From Bacillota bacterium (GTDB lineage: Bacteria; Bacillota_I; Bacilli_A; RF39; UBA660): a DNA stretch of 64,000 bases. Below are positions 7,749 through 17,518 of the stretch, one piece after another. The stretch covers positions 145,575 to 209,574 of the forward strand of contig SVAW01000001.1 in assembly GCA_015059195.1 (NCBI GenBank), written 5' to 3'. The notes below the pieces were generated by a model. It saw nothing but the letters and a program-made list of their open reading frames with translations, had not been told where the DNA came from and searched no databases. Each line of letters begins with the position of its first letter. Position 1 is the first letter of the stretch. Made by a program: the position numbers and the translations under genes.

Positions 7749-8786
7749 ATGACAATTATATATTTTATTTTAATTTTAGGTATTATAGTTTTTGTTCATG
7801 AGTTGGGTCACTTTTTGTTTGCTAAAAGAGCAGGTGTTTATGTTTATGAATTTTCGATAGGAATGGGGCCAAGAATTTTTAATTGGAAAAGAAAAAACGA
7901 CGAAACAGAGTATTCGATAAGATTATTTCCTATTGGTGGTTTTGTCCAAATGGCTGGTGAATCTGTAGAGGTTGACGAAAATATTCCTACAGAAAAAAGA
8001 TTGCAGTCAAAAACCTGGCTTCAAAGATTTATGACCGTGATTGCTGGAATTATGTTTAATTTTATTTTAGCAATTGTTACTTTATTTATTGTTGGCTTGA
8101 TTAATGGAGCACCAGAGAATAAAGCAATTGTAAGTTATGTAGATCCAGAAGGAAATGCTTATAAGGCAGGGCTAATGGAAGGAAGTATTATTACAAAAAT
8201 AGATGGGGTAAAAGTAAATACTTATGATAGACTATTACTAGAATATCAAGTGAGACTTGGTGACGATATCACTTTTGAAATTGTTAATAGTGATGGAAAT
8301 ACAAAAGTAATAACTATTACTCCACAAGAGATTAAAGAAAATGATATAGTTAGCTACAGATATGGATTTAATTTGTCTGATAATGTTGAAAAGGGTTTTT
8401 TAAAAGCTTTAAAATATGCATTCACAAAGACATGGTCTTTGATTGAACAAATGTTTTTTACAATTGTGTATTTATGCACAGGAAAGCTTAGTTTAAGTAG
8501 TTTATCTGGCCCTGTAGGAATATTTACAGTAGTAGGTGATGCTGCTGAAACTGGGTTTATTAATTTAATATATTTATTAGGTTTTATTAGTATTAATGTC
8601 GGGTTTATCAATTTACTTCCTCTTCCAGCATTTGATGGGGGACATATACTATTTTTAATCATTGAAAAGATCAAGGGGTCTCCAATTAACCCAAAGGTAG
8701 AAAACGTAATTCATTCGGTTGGCTTCTTTTTACTAATGTTATTAATGATTGTGATAACATATAACGATATTATTAGATTGTTTTAG
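7749..8786 (+). CDS. rseP: RIP site-2 zinc metalloprotease (RseP/RasP family) with PDZ domain
   Basis: HELGHF motif in TM1, central PDZ-like region, C-terminal NLLPLPAFDGG motif; follows cdsA as in many Firmicutes. Confidence 0.9.
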   Translation: MTIIYFILILGIIVFVHELGHFLFAKRAGVYVYEFSIGMGPRIFNWKRKNDETEYSIRLFPIGGFVQMAGESVEVDENIPTEKRLQSKTWLQRFMTVIAGIMFNFILAIVTLFIVGLINGAPENKAIVSYVDPEGNAYKAGLMEGSIITKIDGVKVNTYDRLLLEYQVRLGDDITFEIVNSDGNTKVITITPQEIKENDIVSYRYGFNLSDNVEKGFLKALKYAFTKTWSLIEQMFFTIVYLCTGKLSLSSLSGPVGIFTVVGDAAETGFINLIYLLGFISINVGFINLLPLPAFDGGHILFLIIEKIKGSPINPKVENVIHSVGFFLLMLLMIVITYNDIIRLF

Positions 8787-8789
8787 AAG

Positions 8790-9131
8790 GTGATTTTATT
8801 GAAGACTGCGCATTTAGATGAAGTATTAAATAATTGTCCATATTATGATGATATTATTAATTATACACCGGAAAAAGGAGACGACATTACCAAAGATATG
8901 ATCCGTTATTATCAGGATTATGTTTTCTTTAATTGGAATCAATTTGAAAAACTGAAAAAGATAGATATGATTTTAAATGAGTATATAAAAAATATTCGAT
9001 TTCAAAAATATATCAGGCGTCATTTTCAAGAAGTTGGTGATGCTTTACCAGTTTATGACATACTAGAAAGTCTTTACACTGATTATCAGTCCGAAACAAT
9101 GAAAAAAGTAGATAATACAAGATGGATTTAG
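8790..9131 (+). CDS. hypothetical protein
   Basis: ORF with SD AAGGTG; the real start is probably TTG 8799. No recognisable motifs. Confidence 0.45.
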   Translation: MILLKTAHLDEVLNNCPYYDDIINYTPEKGDDITKDMIRYYQDYVFFNWNQFEKLKKIDMILNEYIKNIRFQKYIRRHFQEVGDALPVYDILESLYTDYQSETMKKVDNTRWI

Positions 9132-9143
9132 GAAGTGAAATGA

Positions 9144-10040
9144 ATGCTTAAAATAGAGAATGTAACAAAATATTATGGGGATTTTAAAGCGGTAGATAAT
9201 TTATCTTTTGTGGTTGAACCGGGGGAAATTTTTGGATTATTAGGTGTAAATGGCGCAGGTAAAACAACAACATTTAGAATGATTATGGGGTTATTAGAAC
9301 CGACCGAAGGAACAATTACTTTAGATGGGAAGCCCATTGATTATTCTGTTACTGATCATATTGGGTTTTTAACCGAGGAGAGAAGTCTTCTTACTAAATT
9401 GACTGTATTAGAACAATGTGAGTTTTATGGGACGTTAAAAGGAATGAGTAATGAAAAAATTCATGAAAGATTAAATTATTTATTAGAAAAATTTGGAGTA
9501 CTTGAATATAAGAATAAAAAAATAAAAGAATTATCTAAAGGGAACCAACAAAAAATACAGTTTATAACTGCAATATTAAATGAACCCAAATTGCTTATTT
9601 TAGATGAACCATTTTCTGGATTAGATCCGTTTAACGTAGAATTATTCAAAAACGAGATAGTGGAAATGTCTAAAAGGGGAAGTATGATTATATTTTCATC
9701 TCATAGAATGGAGCACGTAGAATTATTTTGTAAAAAGATTGTGGTAATTATGCGTGGTTCATCAGTTTTAGAAGGATACTTAACTGATATTAAAGATAAG
9801 TATCGCAAAAAGAATATTTTAATTAAAGGAAATCTTGATGTTGATGCAATCTCTAAAATAAAGGGCGTAATTAGTATAGAAGCATTAGCTGATGAGTATC
9901 TTGTTAAAATTGAACATAATAATGTTTCTAATGAGGTGTTTAAAGCAATTAAAAACACGAATATAACAAAATTTGTAGTGGAAGAACCATCTTTAAATGA
10001 AATTTTTGTATCAAAAGTAGGTGAGTCTTATGAAAAGTAA
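9144..10040 (+). CDS. ABC transporter ATP-binding protein (ABC-2/NatA-like)
   Basis: Walker A GVNGAGKTT, signature LSKGNQQK, Walker B LLILDEP. Confidence 0.9.
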   Translation: MLKIENVTKYYGDFKAVDNLSFVVEPGEIFGLLGVNGAGKTTTFRMIMGLLEPTEGTITLDGKPIDYSVTDHIGFLTEERSLLTKLTVLEQCEFYGTLKGMSNEKIHERLNYLLEKFGVLEYKNKKIKELSKGNQQKIQFITAILNEPKLLILDEPFSGLDPFNVELFKNEIVEMSKRGSMIIFSSHRMEHVELFCKKIVVIMRGSSVLEGYLTDIKDKYRKKNILIKGNLDVDAISKIKGVISIEALADEYLVKIEHNNVSNEVFKAIKNTNITKFVVEEPSLNEIFVSKVGESYEK

Positions 10041-11358
10041 ATTAAATTACTTGATTAATATTAGTTTAAAACGTAAGATTAAGACTAAATGGTTTTTAAT
10101 TGCTAATATTTTGATTGCTGTAGTAATAGCCGGAATTATTAACATCGATAATATTATTAATGTATTTGGTGGTGATTTTAATAATCAGACTAAGCTTTAT
10201 ATTATAGATGAGACAGATTTAACTTATGAAATTTTTAAATCTGAACTAGAAGAAACTGGTTCGTTTTTGGATGATGGCGGCAAAATGAATTATGAGATTA
10301 TCAAAACTGATAAGACACATGATGAATTAAAAGAGATATTAGTTAATGTTAAAGAAGAGGAAACCAGTATTGTTATAACCTTTACGCATTCAGAGGAAAA
10401 TGTATTAGATGTTTCAATTCTAACCAAATCATATATCGATTTAATGGATACTCAAGTGTTAACTAGTGCAATAAATAATACAAAAACGACCATTGCTATT
10501 GCAAACTCTAATATTTCAGAGGATGTGCTTGCATCTATTTATAACCCAGTTAACATCGAAAGGATTTTTCTAGAAGAAGAAAAAAACAGTGAAGACGAAA
10601 ATATGGAAATGATTATGACAACAGTATTTCCAATTGTAATTTTACCATTCTTTATGCTTACTATATTTTTGGTTCAAATGATCGGTGCAGAAGTAAATGA
10701 TGAAAAGACAACACGTGGAATGGAAATAATTATTTCTAATGTTTCGCCAAAGACACACTTTTTTGCAAAAGTGGTTGCAGGTAATTTATTTGTAATTATT
10801 CAAGGCCTACTATTATTTCTTTATGCAGGGGTTGGGATAATTATTAGAAATGTTATTGGTGGTGATAGTCAAACTGCTGGAATTATTACAGAAATTGGTT
10901 CTATGGCATCATCAGTTATTTCTTCCAATATAGGTTCTTCGTTAATTTATATTGTTCCACTGACATTAGTGTTAATGTTATTGACGTTTGTTGCATATTC
11001 TTTATTAGCTGGAATACTTGCATCTATGACAACTAATACAGAAGATTTTCAACAGCTTCAAACTCCAATTATGATTATCTCATTAGTTGGTTATTATCTT
11101 GCAATGATGGCAGGGGTATTTAAGGGAGCAATATTTATAAAAGTATTATCATTTGTGCCATTTATCTCTGCAATTTTATCACCATCATTGATGGTGTTGG
11201 GGCAAATAGGGGTTATTGAAATTATTATTTCAATAATCTTAACAATTATAACAATTTGGATTTTGATAAAATATGGGCTTAGAATATATAAAGTAGGAAT
11301 TTTAAACTATTCTGCTAAAGATTTATGGAAAAAAATGTTTAAAGCGTTAAAAAAATAG
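10030..11358 (+). CDS. ABC-2 family permease (NatB-like)
   Basis: N-terminal TM, large extracytoplasmic loop, then ~5 C-terminal TM segments; translationally coupled to the ATPase gene. SD AGGTGAG precedes ATG 10030. Confidence 0.75.
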   Translation: MKSKLNYLINISLKRKIKTKWFLIANILIAVVIAGIINIDNIINVFGGDFNNQTKLYIIDETDLTYEIFKSELEETGSFLDDGGKMNYEIIKTDKTHDELKEILVNVKEEETSIVITFTHSEENVLDVSILTKSYIDLMDTQVLTSAINNTKTTIAIANSNISEDVLASIYNPVNIERIFLEEEKNSEDENMEMIMTTVFPIVILPFFMLTIFLVQMIGAEVNDEKTTRGMEIIISNVSPKTHFFAKVVAGNLFVIIQGLLLFLYAGVGIIIRNVIGGDSQTAGIITEIGSMASSVISSNIGSSLIYIVPLTLVLMLLTFVAYSLLAGILASMTTNTEDFQQLQTPIMIISLVGYYLAMMAGVFKGAIFIKVLSFVPFISAILSPSLMVLGQIGVIEIIISIILTIITIWILIKYGLRIYKVGILNYSAKDLWKKMFKALKK

Positions 11359-11408
11359 TGGACATTGGAATAATATATGTTATAATATCAAGAAAAGGAA
11401 GTGATTAT

Positions 11409-11777
11409 ATGGGCAAAAAAATGATGTTTCATCCTAAAAACATTTATTTTGGGAGTCTAACATTTAATGCATATCCTAAAGGTTATTATTACCAATCAGC
11501 GGAGGCTTATGAACAGATTATGGGGCCAAATGATAGTGCATCATATAGAAAGTTAGATGGGTCAACTTCTTTGTATCAAGAATTCTATAATGGAACAAAG
11601 GATTATTTATCTATTAGTCACCTTATACCAATGACTGAAGTAATGCCAGAAGAAAAACGAGAACAATTGGTTAGTAAAAGAACAATTCATTTATATTTGT
11701 TAAAATATAAATTTATGGGTGAACACAAGAGCAAACAATATGTGAAAATTAATGGTAATTTTCCACAATATAAGTAA
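11409..11777 (+). CDS. hypothetical protein
   Basis: ORF with SD AAAGGAAGTGA before ATG 11409. No recognisable motifs. Confidence 0.5.
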   Translation: MGKKMMFHPKNIYFGSLTFNAYPKGYYYQSAEAYEQIMGPNDSASYRKLDGSTSLYQEFYNGTKDYLSISHLIPMTEVMPEEKREQLVSKRTIHLYLLKYKFMGEHKSKQYVKINGNFPQYK

Positions 11778-11802
11778 ATATCAGCTTAAGCTGATATTTT
11801 TT
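11776..11802 (+). terminator. intrinsic terminator
   Basis: AAATATCAGC-ttaa-GCTGATATTT plus T-run. Confidence 0.7.
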
Positions 11803-11902
11803 GCATATTGATAAATATAATGTTACAAAAAACAATAAAATTTTATTGTTTCTAGGCAGCAATTCACAAATTTAAATTTTAACAAAAAAGTTACAAAAAA
11901 GA

Positions 11903-11930
11903 TTGTATTTGAATATAATTGTGTTATAAT
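11903..11930 (+). promoter_or_regulatory. sigma-A-type promoter for rpsB-tsf (extended -10)
   Basis: TTGTAT (11903-11908), 16-nt spacer, TGtTATAAT (11922-11930). Leaves a ~100-nt 5' UTR before rpsB. Confidence 0.5.
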
Positions 11931-12036
11931 AATTATGGCTTTTCAAAACACACGCGAATGGATTACTGTGTCTAGTGCCTAATGGTGATACATGTAAGAA
12001 GATATTTGCGGAGGAAAAAACAAAAGGAGGAATATT

Positions 12037-13086
12037 ATGACAGTTGTGTCTATGAATTATTTATTAGAAGCCGGAGTTCACTTTGGTCATCAAACTAAAA
12101 GATGGAATCCAAAAATGAAGGAATATATTTTTACTTCAAGAGATGATATTTATATTATCGATTTACAAAAAACTGCAAAGAAAATTGAAGAAGCATATGC
12201 TGCTTTAAAGGTTATTGCAGAAAATGGTGGAAAGGTTTTATTTGTTGGTACTAGAAAACAAGCTAGTGATGCAGTAAAAGAAGAAGCTCTTCGCAGTAAT
12301 TCTTATTATGTATCAGAAAGATGGTTAGGTGGTACATTAACAAACTTCAGAACAATCCGTAGAAGAGTTAAACGTCTTGAACAAATTGAAGAAATGGAAA
12401 AAAATGGAACTTTTGATTTACTTCCTAAAAAAGAAGTGATTGGATTAAAGAAAGAATATGAAAAATTAAATAAAGTGTTATGCGGTATTAGAGAAATGGC
12501 TAAATTACCAAATGCTTTATTTATAGTAGATCCATCAAAAGAATATATTGCTATTAGAGAAGCAAGAAAATTAAGAATCCCAGTATTTGGAATAGTTGAT
12601 ACTAACTGTGATCCAGACATGGTAGATTATGTTATTCCAGGAAATGATGACGCTATTCGTGCAGTTAAATTAATCACTGGTGTTATGGCTAACGCTATTG
12701 TTGAAGCACAAGGTGGAGAATTAGTTGACTATGTAAGTAGCGATGACAAAGGTAAAGACGCTAACGAAATCATGCAAAGAGCAGTTGATTCTGTAAAGAA
12801 AAGAGAACCAAGAAGACCAGAAGGAAATCGTAATTTTAATAAAAAATTTAATGATAAGAAAAAATTTGATAATAAATCATCTGAAAAAGTAGAAACTGTA
12901 AAATCTGAAAAAGAAGAAAATGCTGTTAAAGAAGAAGTTAAAACTGTTAAAGAAGAGAAAAGTGAAAAGCCAGTAGTTGATTTATCGACTAAAACAGTGG
13001 CAGAGCTTCGTGAAATGGCTAAGGATAAAGAAATTAAAGGCTATTCTACAATGAAAAAGGCTGAACTTGTAGAAGCTTTACAATAA
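12037..13086 (+). CDS. rpsB: 30S ribosomal protein S2 with ~100-aa Lys/Glu-rich C-terminal extension ending in a Rho_N/HeH-like motif
   Basis: [19 protein letters not shown] and the rest of the S2 core. The tail is [27 protein letters not shown]...[29 protein letters not shown]. Confidence 0.95.
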   Translation: MTVVSMNYLLEAGVHFGHQTKRWNPKMKEYIFTSRDDIYIIDLQKTAKKIEEAYAALKVIAENGGKVLFVGTRKQASDAVKEEALRSNSYYVSERWLGGTLTNFRTIRRRVKRLEQIEEMEKNGTFDLLPKKEVIGLKKEYEKLNKVLCGIREMAKLPNALFIVDPSKEYIAIREARKLRIPVFGIVDTNCDPDMVDYVIPGNDDAIRAVKLITGVMANAIVEAQGGELVDYVSSDDKGKDANEIMQRAVDSVKKREPRRPEGNRNFNKKFNDKKKFDNKSSEKVETVKSEKEENAVKEEVKTVKEEKSEKPVVDLSTKTVAELREMAKDKEIKGYSTMKKAELVEALQ

Positions 13087-13092
13087 AACTAC

Positions 13093-13124
13093 AAAAGATG
13101 ATTAGCAATAATCATCTTTTATTT
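13093..13124 (+). terminator. hairpin between rpsB and tsf (terminator or attenuator)
   Basis: AAAAGATGATT-agcaat-AATCATCTTTT; weak trailing T-run. Confidence 0.5.
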
Positions 13125-13141
13125 ATAAAAGGAGGATATTT

Positions 13142-14020
13142 ATGATAAGTGCTAGTTTAGTAAAAGAATTAAGAGAAAAAACCGGAGCAGGAATGTTAGA
13201 CTGCAAAAAAGCCTTAGAGGAAAACAACGGAAATATTGAAGCTGCTATTGATTGGTTAAGAGAAAAAGGCATTTCAAAAGCTGCTAAAAAAGCTGAAAGA
13301 ATTGCTGCTGAAGGATTAGCTGCAATTTACACAGAAGGTAATGTTGCTGCAATCGTTGAAGTGAACTCAGAAACTGACTTTGTTGCTAAAAACGTTGAGT
13401 TTACTAGTATGGTTGATTCTATTTTAAAGGCAATTGTAGATAATAACCCAGAAACTACTGAAGATGTTTTAAACCTAGAAGTAGATGGACAAACAATCAA
13501 CGATTTAATTGTTGATAAAACAGCTAAAATTGGCGAAAAATTAAGCTTTAGAAGATTTACTAAAGTAACTAAAACAGATTCTGAAAACTTTGGTACATAT
13601 ATCCATATGGGGGGGAAAATTGCTGTTCTTACTATTGTGGATGGAGCAAGCGAAGAAGTTGCAAAAGAAGTTGCTATGCATGCTGCTGCAATGCGCCCTA
13701 TGTATACTAAATCAAGTGAAGTTCCTACAGAAGTATTAGAGAAAGAAAAAGCTATCATTAGAGAACAACTTTTAAATGAAGGAAAACCAGCTGATAGAAT
13801 TGATAATATTTTAGTTGGAAAAGTTAATAAATATTATGAAGATGTATGTTTAGAAAATCAAATTTTCGTTAAGGCAGAAAACAAAGAAACTGTTGCTACA
13901 TATGTTAAGAATAATGGTGGAGTTATTTCTTCAATGATTCGTTATGAAGTTGGAGAAGGAATGGAAAAACGTTCTGAAAACTTTGCTGAAGAAGTTGCTA
14001 AACAAATCGAAGGTAAATAA
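13142..14020 (+). CDS. tsf: translation elongation factor Ts
   Basis: VKELREKTGAGMLDCKKALEE UBA-like N-terminus; follows rpsB. Confidence 0.95.
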   Translation: MISASLVKELREKTGAGMLDCKKALEENNGNIEAAIDWLREKGISKAAKKAERIAAEGLAAIYTEGNVAAIVEVNSETDFVAKNVEFTSMVDSILKAIVDNNPETTEDVLNLEVDGQTINDLIVDKTAKIGEKLSFRRFTKVTKTDSENFGTYIHMGGKIAVLTIVDGASEEVAKEVAMHAAAMRPMYTKSSEVPTEVLEKEKAIIREQLLNEGKPADRIDNILVGKVNKYYEDVCLENQIFVKAENKETVATYVKNNGGVISSMIRYEVGEGMEKRSENFAEEVAKQIEGK

Positions 14021-14024
14021 AAAT

Positions 14025-14068
14025 AAAAGAACAATTACAAAGTTATTAGTAATTGTTCTTTTATTTTT
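14025..14068. terminator. bidirectional terminator between convergent tsf and yigZ
   Basis: AAAAGAACAATTAC (14025-14038) / GTAATTGTTCTTTT (14049-14062), T-run on the + strand. Overlaps the last codons of yigZ. Confidence 0.65.
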
Positions 14069-14625
14069 AGTTCAATAATTAAATTATTAAGTTTTTCTGT
14101 TATATTGGATAGTTGATCATTTGAAATTAACAATTCATAAGTGATGATATTATCGAAATTTTTATTTGCTATTGTAATCTCTTTTAGTACGTAATTAATT
14201 TGATCTATATTATGATAATTAAAACTAATTTCTATCTTATATCCTTCTACCAAATCTTTAACTTCTACAGTTTTTAAACATTCTGAAATAGAATTTGAAT
14301 AAGCTCTAACTAGACCACCAGCCCCTAATTTTATCCCGCCAAAATAGCGAATCACAACTGCCAAAATATAATTTAAATTGTTGTTTTCTAAAACATTTAG
14401 AATAGGCATTCCTGCAGTGCCACCGGGTTCGCCATCGTCGTTAAATCTTTTAATGTTTCCAATGATGTAAGAATAGCAAATATGTGTGGCATCATTATAT
14501 TGTTTGTTAAGATCATTTAAAATGTTTTTTGCTTCTTCTTCAGTTTGAATTTTAAATAATTTAGTAATAAATTTAGAACGTTCAATAACTATTTCATTTT
14601 GTACATCATATTCAATTGATTTCAT
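14035..14625 (-). CDS. yigZ: IMPACT/YigZ family protein (UPF0029)
   Basis: ERSKFI, HICYSYI and DDGEPGGTAGMPIL motifs of the YigZ N-terminal domain. Start chosen at MKSIEYD, with SD GGTGA. Confidence 0.8.
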   Translation of the reverse strand: MKSIEYDVQNEIVIERSKFITKLFKIQTEEEAKNILNDLNKQYNDATHICYSYIIGNIKRFNDDGEPGGTAGMPILNVLENNNLNYILAVVIRYFGGIKLGAGGLVRAYSNSISECLKTVEVKDLVEGYKIEISFNYHNIDQINYVLKEITIANKNFDNIITYELLISNDQLSNITEKLNNLIIELKIKEQLLITL

Positions 14626-14706
14626 AAAATCACCATTAATATTATAGCACATTTAAAAAAATATAAAAAACATACATATGGTATAATAAATGTGGGTGAA
14701 TGTTGT

Positions 14707-16323
14707 ATGAAAGATGAAGTTTTAGAGTCTGCCGGGTTAGTCTATTTTTATATTTGTGGCGTGATAGAAAACAAAGAAGTTCAAATGGTTACAATTGATA
14801 GTTATCGCTGTTTGGCTAATACTTTTTATGACAAAGTAAAAGAAATCTCTTTAGAAGTAGAAGAAGATGCTTATCACATTTTTGGAGTGATTGGCGATTG
14901 TAAAAAGATAGATTATATACGAAACAAGATATGTGATGGATTAAATTATAATGTTGAAAGAATAATTAATGATGAAAGAATACAAACTTCATTACCCGAA
15001 TTTGATGAGTATGGTAATAGCTTTTTTAGAGTAGTCCAAGAGTTTTTCTGCGATTATCCTGGTCATTTTCCCAGAACATTACAATTAGAACAAGAAAATA
15101 TGAGGGTATTTACCATATATATGGGAAACCCAGAGAATACTAAAAATGCTAAAGAGATAGAAACAATATTAAAATATTGGCTCTCAGGGGAAGAGATAAC
15201 AATGTTTGGAAGACAATTAATGATTCGGTCATTTTTTCTGCGCGATTTGGTCGGACGCAAAATTATAGATTGCATTCCTAATCAGATGTTATCATCTTGG
15301 AATTTATTGATAGAAGGTGGTATGAGGTTGCCTCTTGGTGAATATAACTCGTATACTAAAGAATGCGCAAATTTTAAAGAGTTAGGATGTTTCTCAATAT
15401 CTGGCATTAATGGTATGTTGATTGATCCAATTTATGGATTAGGGATTTATTTAATGCCAACAGAAATATGCATAGAATGGCACAAAGTATTTCTATTCGC
15501 GTGTTCTATTAGTAAACAGAAGTGGACTGAAGAATTGATAGAAAAAACATATTACAAGTTTTTAAGTTTTTTATGTGCTAATATTTGTATTGATTCAAGA
15601 GAAATTGATATTACCATAGATAGTAAAATCATAATCCCTAAAGACAAATATTTTGAAGTATTATTAAAACAAATTGAAACAATTAGAGGATTTTTAAAAG
15701 GAAAAGATGAATTGGTTATTTCAAAAGACTTACTACAAGTCATGAATTCAAGATATGTATATTTGCCATATATATATAGTATTGTAAATTTACATAATTT
15801 AGATAATAAAATATTTAATAAAATTGAATTCTCTAGTATGATTGAAAAGGCAGTAGTAGAAAAAGATAGTTTTCAAAAAGGTCTTCTTTGGGAAGGGGTT
15901 GCCGATTATTTTATAGAATGTGTTGATGGGTTAGAAATAAGCGCAAAAAGAATTAAAGCGGGTTTTCAAGAAATCGACTGTAGTATTGTAAATGTATCGC
16001 TTAATGATTCCTTGTGGCAACTGGGAGCGTATATTTTAGTAGAGTGTAAAAACTGGAATAGAAAGGTAGGGCTTGCCCAAATTAGAAATACTGCTTATAT
16101 TTCTAATATGAAGGGTAATAAAACTGCAATATTTATTACATCAAACGGTATTACAAAAAAAGCAAGAGAGGAAATAGAACGTTTGGTTCAAACAGGCTTA
16201 TATATTATATGCATTAATAAAAGAGACTTAAATCGTATTAGCAATAACAACGATTGCTTGGAACTTCTGTTAGATAAGTGGAGCGAATTAGACAACATAA
16301 AAAAAGAATACTTAATGATATAG
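14707..16323 (+). CDS. large uncharacterised protein with C-terminal Mrr-type (PD-(D/E)xK) restriction-endonuclease domain
   Basis: C-terminal ~130 aa: GLLWEGVADYF..EIDCSIVN..YILVECKNWNRKVGLAQIRN..AIFITSNGITKKAREE fits the Mrr_cat pattern (D...ExK, then the TT-type tail). The N-terminal ~400 aa has no motif I recognise. -10 TATAAT at ~14682. Confidence 0.6.
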   Translation: MKDEVLESAGLVYFYICGVIENKEVQMVTIDSYRCLANTFYDKVKEISLEVEEDAYHIFGVIGDCKKIDYIRNKICDGLNYNVERIINDERIQTSLPEFDEYGNSFFRVVQEFFCDYPGHFPRTLQLEQENMRVFTIYMGNPENTKNAKEIETILKYWLSGEEITMFGRQLMIRSFFLRDLVGRKIIDCIPNQMLSSWNLLIEGGMRLPLGEYNSYTKECANFKELGCFSISGINGMLIDPIYGLGIYLMPTEICIEWHKVFLFACSISKQKWTEELIEKTYYKFLSFLCANICIDSREIDITIDSKIIIPKDKYFEVLLKQIETIRGFLKGKDELVISKDLLQVMNSRYVYLPYIYSIVNLHNLDNKIFNKIEFSSMIEKAVVEKDSFQKGLLWEGVADYFIECVDGLEISAKRIKAGFQEIDCSIVNVSLNDSLWQLGAYILVECKNWNRKVGLAQIRNTAYISNMKGNKTAIFITSNGITKKAREEIERLVQTGLYIICINKRDLNRISNNNDCLELLLDKWSELDNIKKEYLMI

Positions 16324-16432
16324 AAAAGTGCATAAATATAATGCATTTTTTGTGTTTTTGACATAATCAAACAATTCTAAATATTGTTTATGTGAATAAA
16401 TTATAGTATAATGAAAATAGGATGTGAAAAGT

Positions 16433-17515
16433 ATGAAAGTAATCATAAGTGCGGGTGGGACAGGAGGACACATTTATCCTGCTCTAGCAATTATCAACAA
16501 AATTAAGGAAAAAGAACCGAATAGTGAGTTTTTATATATAGGTACTCATAATAGAATGGAAAAGGATATTGTTCCAAAACATAATATTCCATTTAAAACT
16601 ATCGAAATATATGGATTTTATCGAAAAAGAATATATCGTAATGTTAAAACGATTAAATGTTTTATCAATGGATATAGAGAATGTAAAAAAATAATAAAAG
16701 GGTTTAATCCTGATATAGTGATAGGTGTAGGGGGATATGTAACTGGGCCAGTAATATATGCTGCTAGCAAATTGGGATATCCTACATTCATTCATGAACA
16801 AAACAGTATTCCAGGTAAGTGTAATAAATTTTTAAGCAAGCATGCTAGTTTAATAGGAGTCTCTTTTGAGTCTAGTGCCAAAGATTTTCCACAGGGAAAA
16901 ACAATCTTTACTGGAAATCCTTGTAGTGAAGATGCCCTTAAAAAACCTGAGATAGCTAAAAGTGAGTTTGGACTTAGTGATTCTAAAAAGTTGATATTAA
17001 TTGTTATGGGTTCATTAGGCTCATCTAAAATTAATAACTTTTTTAAAGAATCCATTTCTATGTTCAAAAATAAAGATTATGAAGTTTTGTATGTTACGGG
17101 TAAGGATTCCTATGATTCATTTAAAAAGTTGAAAGCACCAAATAATGTTAAAATTGTTCCATATATTGAAAATATGACTAGAATTATGAAAAAAACAGAT
17201 ATAATAGTAAGTCGCGCCGGGGCTTCTACTTTAAGTGAAATTACCGCTCTTAACATTCCATCTATTTTAATACCGAGTCCATATGTTCCAGATAATCATC
17301 AGTTTAAGAATGCGATGGATTTAGTAAATAACGGTAGTGCAGTGATGCTAGAAGAAACAGAGTTAAAAGGTGATGCGTTAGTTAGAACTATTGACGCATT
17401 AATAAATGATTCTGGCAAAATCAAAAAGATACGTAGTAATTTAAAGAAGATGAGTGTTCCTAATAGTGCGACATTAATTTATGATAATATTAGAAGGCTT
17501 ATAGATAGGAAGTAA
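16433..17515 (+). CDS. murG: UDP-N-acetylglucosamine--N-acetylmuramyl-(pentapeptide) pyrophosphoryl-undecaprenol GlcNAc transferase
   Basis: GGTGGHIYPALA N-terminus; SRAGASTLSEI C-terminal motif. Confidence 0.9.
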   Translation: MKVIISAGGTGGHIYPALAIINKIKEKEPNSEFLYIGTHNRMEKDIVPKHNIPFKTIEIYGFYRKRIYRNVKTIKCFINGYRECKKIIKGFNPDIVIGVGGYVTGPVIYAASKLGYPTFIHEQNSIPGKCNKFLSKHASLIGVSFESSAKDFPQGKTIFTGNPCSEDALKKPEIAKSEFGLSDSKKLILIVMGSLGSSKINNFFKESISMFKNKDYEVLYVTGKDSYDSFKKLKAPNNVKIVPYIENMTRIMKKTDIIVSRAGASTLSEITALNIPSILIPSPYVPDNHQFKNAMDLVNNGSAVMLEETELKGDALVRTIDALINDSGKIKKIRSNLKKMSVPNSATLIYDNIRRLIDRK

Positions 17516-17518
17516 ATA

